Source: Eledone cirrhosa (Eukaryota). Taken from it: 64,000 nucleotides of DNA. Positions 23,769-64,000 of this stretch are shown piece after piece (positions within the stretch are counted from its first letter, which is position 1; each line of letters begins with the position of its first letter). Location of the stretch: NCBI GenBank assembly GCA_964016885.1, contig OZ024751.1, positions 31,496,001 to 31,560,000 of the forward strand, read 5' to 3'. Below the pieces are notes generated by a model that searched no databases, was not told the origin of the DNA, and saw only the letters and a list, made by a program, of their open reading frames with translations. Made by a program: the position numbers and the translations under genes.

Positions 23769-26697
23769 CATAAATAAAATGCTGGAGAGAACAATAATAA
23801 CCTTCTCTCTACTGGCTTGTAATCAGCATAACTAATCACCTATTCCTTCTCTTGATTGGTTTGCTTGCTTTTTATTCAATATATATATATATATGTGTAA
23901 AGAAGTGCCAAGGAAGACCATGGAAAATATGGGCAGAGGTGGTTAGAGCTGACCTGAGACGTAGGACCATGACAAAGAGAGAGATGCTGTGCTAAAGAGA
24001 ACCTGTCCCACCGTAGCAAGCATGAAAAAGTAGACTTAAAATGAGGATAGTGCCGATTGTGCATTATTGCATAATAAATACAGACAATGGATGTGATACG
24101 CTATCTTGCTGCATTAAGTGTGGTGGCCGAAACTCGAGTACAAGTATAAATTTATGATACCCATTTACATGTGTTGTATCGAGGCAAATAACTTTGTGTC
24201 TACTCTAGGATTTACCTATTGAGTACATGTGTATATGTATGTTTATATATATGTATGTATATATATGCCTAGCTGTTGACTAGTGAGTCTCTGATGGCAG
24301 ATTGTGAATGGCTACTAGATATAGGAATTAGCTGTAAAATAAACAGGCAGAAATGTCTGATAAATACGCACTCCCGGACCATAAGGCGGCATGATTCAGT
24401 GATGAGCTGATGACATTACTGTCTGAAAAATGTGCCAATAACTGTGTACCTGTGACAAGGCAAGAAAGGGCTGCCTTAAATAAGTCCTATACTCATCCAC
24501 GTGCCTGACGAACAGGCACCGAGTTGACATTGTTAGATATACCACTCATGCATGCTGCAGCCTACTACCCCAACCTCTATTCCTTTGGGAGGCCACAGGG
24601 CAAAGTTGTGAGCCAAGTATATGTGATACAGGGTGCAAACTGGACCTCCTTAAACAATGCAGGCCAGTCAGTGACAAGGGTCAGCAAATCCTCTACACAA
24701 AAAAATAAAGCCCACTGGTAATTGCAATGAATGAAAGAGTCAGATCTGGAAAACTGGTAGTCCCTAGTGTCGGAAGTTGCACAGTAGCGGTGACATTAAG
24801 ATGACTGTTAGAACCAGTGAATCGACAACGCACTCACTTGTACATCATCATCATCATCAACGTTTAACGTCCGTGTTCCACGCTTGCATGGGTTTGGACG
24901 GGAGTAGTCCCACTTGAGGCAAGAGTGATTGTCTTGCTTGCATAGGACTGTCTGGCAGGACACACTGGATGGTTCTTTGTGGCGTCCCCATTCAGAGTGA
25001 CCTGCATGCTGAAAAGCTACATATTACACGAGGGGCCTCAGATATGGCTATCATAGGATAGTCTACCAGAACTGGTCAGATCTGGAAGAGTAAGCCTCAA
25101 TAAAAATCCTGCGTGTCTTATAGTAATCAGTAGCTCATTCAATGATCATCAGTATATTTAGCTGACCTTGGCATTGTGAACACCAGTGGCTTTGCAGATG
25201 ACAACTATTAATTCGACAATGCGTTGACACAAATGCTCCAGTGATGAAGAAATCTATGAGCATGCAAGTATGGCAAGTCATTAGAAAAAGCAAAATGAAT
25301 TCTTCACCTTTGATGGAGGGATGACTCAAGAAGATATATATAGATATCAATATATACATATACATTTTTTTTCCTCTACTTTATCAAACAAAAGAAAATT
25401 TTATGTGAAAACGAAATTTTTGCCACGAACGATAACTCGTCTCTGACTTAAATCCAAATTTCGGGTGTGTAGTTTTCATACACACTTGTTATTACTAGCT
25501 AGTCCTTTTTATTTTGTCTTGTTTTGCGGTCTTTGACCGCTATTTCTAGCATATCCTTCCTTTTTCTGGCCCCAGCATTGCCAGTCTAAAAAAAAGAAGA
25601 GCTTGAAATAAACCTGTATCAAGTCAAAAATTTAAAACAATTTTATTTTCAATTAATTTATTGAATAAATATAAAAATAAAAGGGGTAATAATGGTTTCT
25701 AACTTAGGTAGAAGAAAGGCCAACACTTTGGGACAAGGGAACATTGTATTACATTGAACCCCTGTATGCCACTGGTAATTTATAATATTGACTCCCCACA
25801 TACAAACTCAATGGAAGCATGAAAAGAATGTTAACCTTGGTGGAATTTAAACTCATAATGTAAAGGCCAAAACAAATATCACAAAGTATTTTATCTTTCG
25901 CTCTATTGATTCTGCCAATCCACCACCCTAATAATAATGTTCATACTTTTGGCACAAGGTCAGCAATTACACCAGTGTATTACTGGTACTTTATTTTATC
26001 AACCCCATAAGGATGAAAGGCAAAGTCAACCTCAGTGGATTTGAACTTAGTACGTAAAGGACCATAACTCTATGCTGCAAAGCATGGCGTCCGACCCTCG
26101 ACCGATACTGCCAATCCACCGTCCTCACATGATGACCCTAATAATAATTGTTTTTACTTTTGGCACATGGCCAGCAATTACCCAGTGTATTACTGGTACT
26201 TTATTTTATCGACCCCGTAAGGATGAAAGGCAAAGTCAACCTCGGCGGGATTACCCTAATAATAATGACTTCTAATTTAGGCTCAAGACCAGCACATGTT
26301 GGTGGGAGGGAGAAATCTATTATATCAGCTGCAGTACTTGACTCATTCTTTATTGTACTGACCTCCATAGCATTTGATCTCAGAATGGAAAGGGCCGTAA
26401 CTATATGGTGCAAAGCCTTTTTACTAAAACTCTACTGAATTTGCCAACCCCCCCACCCTTTATAATAATAATTATTAACAAAATGTAGACTGAATCATAT
26501 TTTATGCACCGATTAGAATAGCTGTTAAAATACTGATAAAATGCCAGGTACAGATGAGATAATCAGGATTTCAGACTACTGCTATGTACAAAGTAATTAG
26601 TAAAATCCCAATGGAGGGCCTACTGTACCAACTCTGCACCTAAACATGCATTGAATACTATCTTGATCTGCTGTCTTCCCAGTCTCCCTCTCTCTCC

Positions 26698-26751
<54 letters not shown>

Positions 26752-27328
26752 TCAAGTGACAAACCAAAGGTGATACTTCAAATCATTTTATTAACATCTA
26801 CACATGTTTCCATTTTAATGTAATTAGGTAACACTATATATATATGTAAATATTATACAAATATATTATATAAATATATGATATATATATATATTATACA
26901 TTTATATATTATATATCATCATCATCATTTTGTGTCCGCTTTTCCTTGCCTGCAAGGGTGGGATGGGTCCTTTTCAGCACACCATCTCTCCACACATATA
27001 TATATTTTTTAATGTTACCTGATTACATTAGAATTGATACAAGCATAGATGTTAATAAAATGATTTGATTTTCATTTGAATTAGTATATATATACACATA
27101 CACACACACATATAGTTGTATGCACCCACATATATTTAAATAGATATGCATGAACAATGTGCAACAAAACAATTTGGATATTGCTCAAATATGGTGAATA
27201 ACAATCACAATTTGGCTGCCCAGTATCAATAGAGATATATTATTATTTATACAAATGATAGGTTCTGGGCAAAATATATCACAGAATGCTTAAAACGAAT
27301 TATTATTGGATTGGTAGACCTGTTAAAG

Positions 27329-27637
27329 CAGTGGTTCCCAACCTTTTAGGTACCATGCCTCACCTCAACATCTAAAAAATTGTTTCCCCCCATCCCCTTT
27401 GATATGAAAACAGCAATCATCAACTGCAAAGTGTATACAAATTGGTGTATAGGTGGTGCCAGATACACAATAACATGTGGAAAAGGAGGTGAGACAGGAG
27501 TTTCTGACAGTAATGTGTATCAAAGGTGCCTTGGTGTAAAAGTAATAAAGTAAAACCTTAGGTTTGTTCTCATTAACATCATTTTCAAATGGCCACCTTA
27601 AATATTCAGGGTGTGTGCCCCACATTGGGAATCACTA
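27329..27637. mobile_element. hAT (Charlie-like) MITE
   Basis: TIRs cagtggttcccaa / ttgggaatcacta; 8-bp flanks tgttaaag / tgttagag. Confidence 0.7.
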
Positions 27638-28891
27638 TGTTAGAGCATCAAACAAAATACCGTGTGTGAAGTGGTGTGTCCCTTTATGTCAAATGATAAC
27701 TTAGCCTTTCTATAAACAAAAATTGACAAAATAAGTATCAGGTGGTGACCATACTCTGGGGTAACAAACCTTGAAAGTTCTACCTAAGTTTGGCCACTGT
27801 CTGTTGGGTGAAATCACATCAGAAATAACAGTTTAAAATGTTCCATAGTTCCCCACCTGGCTGTGTAGCATTTTGCTGTTACATATCTTGATCCTATAAT
27901 GTAGCAGTGCTAGTATCATGATAACAAGTACCCAGGCCACTCTGTAATGTGGTAGTGCAGGTGTCATGATAACAAGCACCCAGTTCACCCTGTAATGTGG
28001 TAGTGCAGGTGTCATGACAACAAGCACCCAGTCCACCTTGTAAGGTGGTAGTGCTGGTGTCAAGATAAGCACCTAGTTCATCCTGTAACATGTTAGTACT
28101 GGTGCCATGACAACAAACACCCAGTCCACCATCTGAGGTGATAGTACTGGTGCCACTACCAAAAGCACTCCATCCACTCTGTGAGGTGGTAGTGCCAGAG
28201 TCATAATAAAAAGCTCTGAGTACATGCAGTAAAGTTGTTGACATTATGAAAAGCATCCAGTTGTAGAATCCAAGCCCAAAAGAGAACATATGAGCAAGAT
28301 GTGGTCACCTGACCTGTCAAGCCACACTACATGACAACATGTTTAGCCGATGCAAGCATGGACAATAGTTGTAACATTGTGATGATGATGATATCTATAA
28401 CCACTGAAAATGTCCCATAGTTCTCCAGCTGTCTCTAACATTTGACTGTTACATGTAACAACCAAATGTTACATGCAACACTATGAAATTAGAAATAACA
28501 TTTAAATATGTGCCACAATCCCCCAGCTGTCTGTAACATTTGGCTGTTACATATAACAACATCCTAACCCCCTACAGATCAAAGAACTTAGGTTACACAT
28601 GACAGATAAAAAAGTTACTGCTGTTATTAATATTGCAGTCATAAGAGCTATTGGTCTGATCAAAACATCCCAGTAATAACAGGAGAAAGGATATAGGTGT
28701 AATTATATATATATAAATGCAAATTGGTTAAAGCTGTGTAATTTTGGGCTTCCAGATGATATTTTGGTCTTAAAAGGGTTGAACATTCCAATAATAGAAT
28801 ATAAAGTATGTAAAATATGACATTTGCAATAGTTACTATAATTTGTCACTAGCTGAATAATACATTCAGCTAGCTTATAGCTTCTCTTAGT

Positions 28892-62125
<33,234 letters not shown>

Positions 62126-62649
62126 TTCTCATGTAATTGTTTTCAGTTTCATCGATAGACAAAATTTATAAACACATATTTAGGAAGTGGCTCTCCTCGT
62201 AAACGGTGAAGTAGCAAAGAACTTTCCGTGAAATAAATATTCCGCTTACATTATCTGAAAAAATTTGGGGTTTCATTCGTTTGGCAAGTAACTTAACCTG
62301 AGACTGAATATTGAAACTGAAACAATTATTGCGGGAACAGTAATTTTAGCCATTGAATAAAAACATACAAAAACGGTTAACTTTACTTTATATTTATTAT
62401 TTAGTTCCTGCTGTCAAAAATTTTCGTTACACTGTGGAGTTAAAAGATTTTGTGTGTTTTTAAATAACTAAAATAATTCTTCTCAATCAAGAAAAATTCT
62501 TCCGAAGTTCCCTGATTAGCTGAGATTTCTAACAGTGCTCAAAAACTGTGATTACTCAGCGGAACTACAGTCAGGACATTAACTATGTAATTAGGTAAAA
62601 AATGTTCTTATCTTGTTTACTTTTCCAATATATATATATATATATACCA

Positions 62650-62825
62650 ACACCAACTCTGCCCTCCCACCCCTACCAAGTTCCCATCTACCTCTCGCTC
62701 TTCCCCCGAACTCCATAACTTCAGACTTGTCACCATCAACGTTGGCACCATGAAAGGTAGACATGGAGAGACTGTAGAGAAATGCTTGAACGAATGAAAG
62801 TCGATGTGTGCTGTGTACAAGACAC
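62650..62825 (+). mobile_element. RTE LINE endonuclease N-terminal fragment
   Basis: RLVTINVGTMKGR...VDVCCVQ. Confidence 0.65.
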
Positions 62826-62974
62826 ATATATATAAGCGTATATCATTGTCATCATATGTGCATGTATTTCACTACGGTTCTTAAAGACAACCTTAACGGT
62901 TGGAGGAAGCTCCAACCGTTAAGGTTGTCTTTTTTCAGGGTATGTCAATATTTATTTATAAAACTAATCTGTAT

Positions 62975-63045
62975 TGTATTTTATCTGATGAAAGCGCACC
63001 ATAATTTGCCTTGGTGGCCCTTGAAATATGTATAATAAAATAAAT
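62975..63045 (+). ncRNA. Type I hammerhead-ribozyme-like motif, canonical core
   Basis: uauuuuau-CUGAUGA-aag..cacca/uggug..cuu-GAAA-uaugua-UA-auaaaaua; 8-bp stem I. Confidence 0.65.
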
Positions 63046-63089
63046 ATGGTTTTATAAATATAGTTTCCATTTATTAATATATTGTATAT

Positions 63090-64000
63090 ATATAACGACG
63101 ATGAATTAGTTTTGCGAGGTTTTTGATATGAAATCGTGTGTCGAAACAAATATTGTTATACTTGGGGAGGGTCATATTTGTGTAATATTGCCAGAATTAA
63201 TAACAGAACACACTCACTGTTTGGTTGGTTTTCGCTTTTCGCTTCTGTGTCTTTTATATCGGTTAATTTAATTTATTCGGTCCTCAATGTTGCCATTGAC
63301 TGACCAACGGTCAAAAATACAGATACAATATAGACACAAACACATATATATAGTCTATCAAAGTTCTTTCATTGCACATCTGCAACATCGAAAACGGTTC
63401 AGTACTATACGAACATGCCAGACAACAACACGACGACAACATAGAAATTAGAATAATATCTAAACATAGAAATGACCCAGCAGATAGGCAAATCAGAGAG
63501 GCCAGTGAAATAGAACATAGAAGGCCAAGGCTAAACAGAAAAAATGAATGGAATAACAACAACACCCAAACAAACAACACTGACCAATAAATAAATAGAT
63601 AAATAAATAAATAAATAAATACATACACAAGCACAATAACAACAAACACATATAAACACACACTAGTAAAGATAGAATACATTAACCAATACACAGTCAC
63701 CCAAACACGAACACACATCAAACAAAACACTATACACTATAAACGCATGCGCAAAGAAGACAAAAAAATAAAAAGTAAAAATAAATAAATATATAAACAG
63801 ACTAATTAAAGATGGCGTAAACATACAATGCAACGGGAGGAAACAATAACACCACTGACGATGTTGCAGATGTGCAACGAAAGAACTTTGATAGACTATA
63901 TATATATGTTTGTGTCTATATTGTATCTGTATTTTTGACCGTTGGTCAGTCAATGGCAACATTGAACACCGAATAAATTAAATTAACCGACATAAAAGAC
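63090..64000 (+). mobile_element. Penelope-like element 3' end preceded by an inverted terminal copy
   Basis: 63391-64000 matches about 8550-9165 directly (EN C-terminus EHARQQH...RPRLN); 63150-63390 is the reverse complement of about 9020-9255. Confidence 0.85.

Noticed and set aside
25135-25365. Minus ORF containing HPSIK as the MAP2K5 last exon
   Set aside because: Exon 28892-28975 has a better acceptor and the conserved WV motif.
25600-25685. AATAAA cluster as the CHD1 polyadenylation site
   Set aside because: Plausible, but AATAAA is frequent in this AT-rich DNA; it cannot be assigned without transcripts.

Overview
AT-rich, intron- and repeat-rich animal genomic DNA. The repeat families and (TA)n/(GAT)n density suggest an octopod cephalopod (inference). 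Two convergent spliced genes were reconstructed by hand from GT-AG sites and exon phase. (1) The 3' part of a CHD1/CHD2-type chromatin remodeller on + (15 coding exons, 694-21505; SANT/SLIDE DNA-binding region, CHCT domain, His/Arg-rich tail). (2) An apparently complete MAP2K5/MEK5 on - (20 coding exons, 62125 to 28892, about 419 aa; PB1 plus intact kinase motifs, including a 12-nt microexon). Introns contain RTE and CR1-like LINE fragments, tRNA-headed SINEs with RTE-like tails, piggyBac- and hAT-type MITEs, Penelope-like (GIY-YIG) fragments and many minisatellites. Most ORFs in the supplied track are repeat artefacts. The most interesting signals are about nine minimal hammerhead-ribozyme-like motifs near Penelope fragments and (TA)n tracts, some at the centre of long fold-back palindromes, and minisatellites that multiply splice sites of both genes. 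All coordinates were read by eye; no computation was run.
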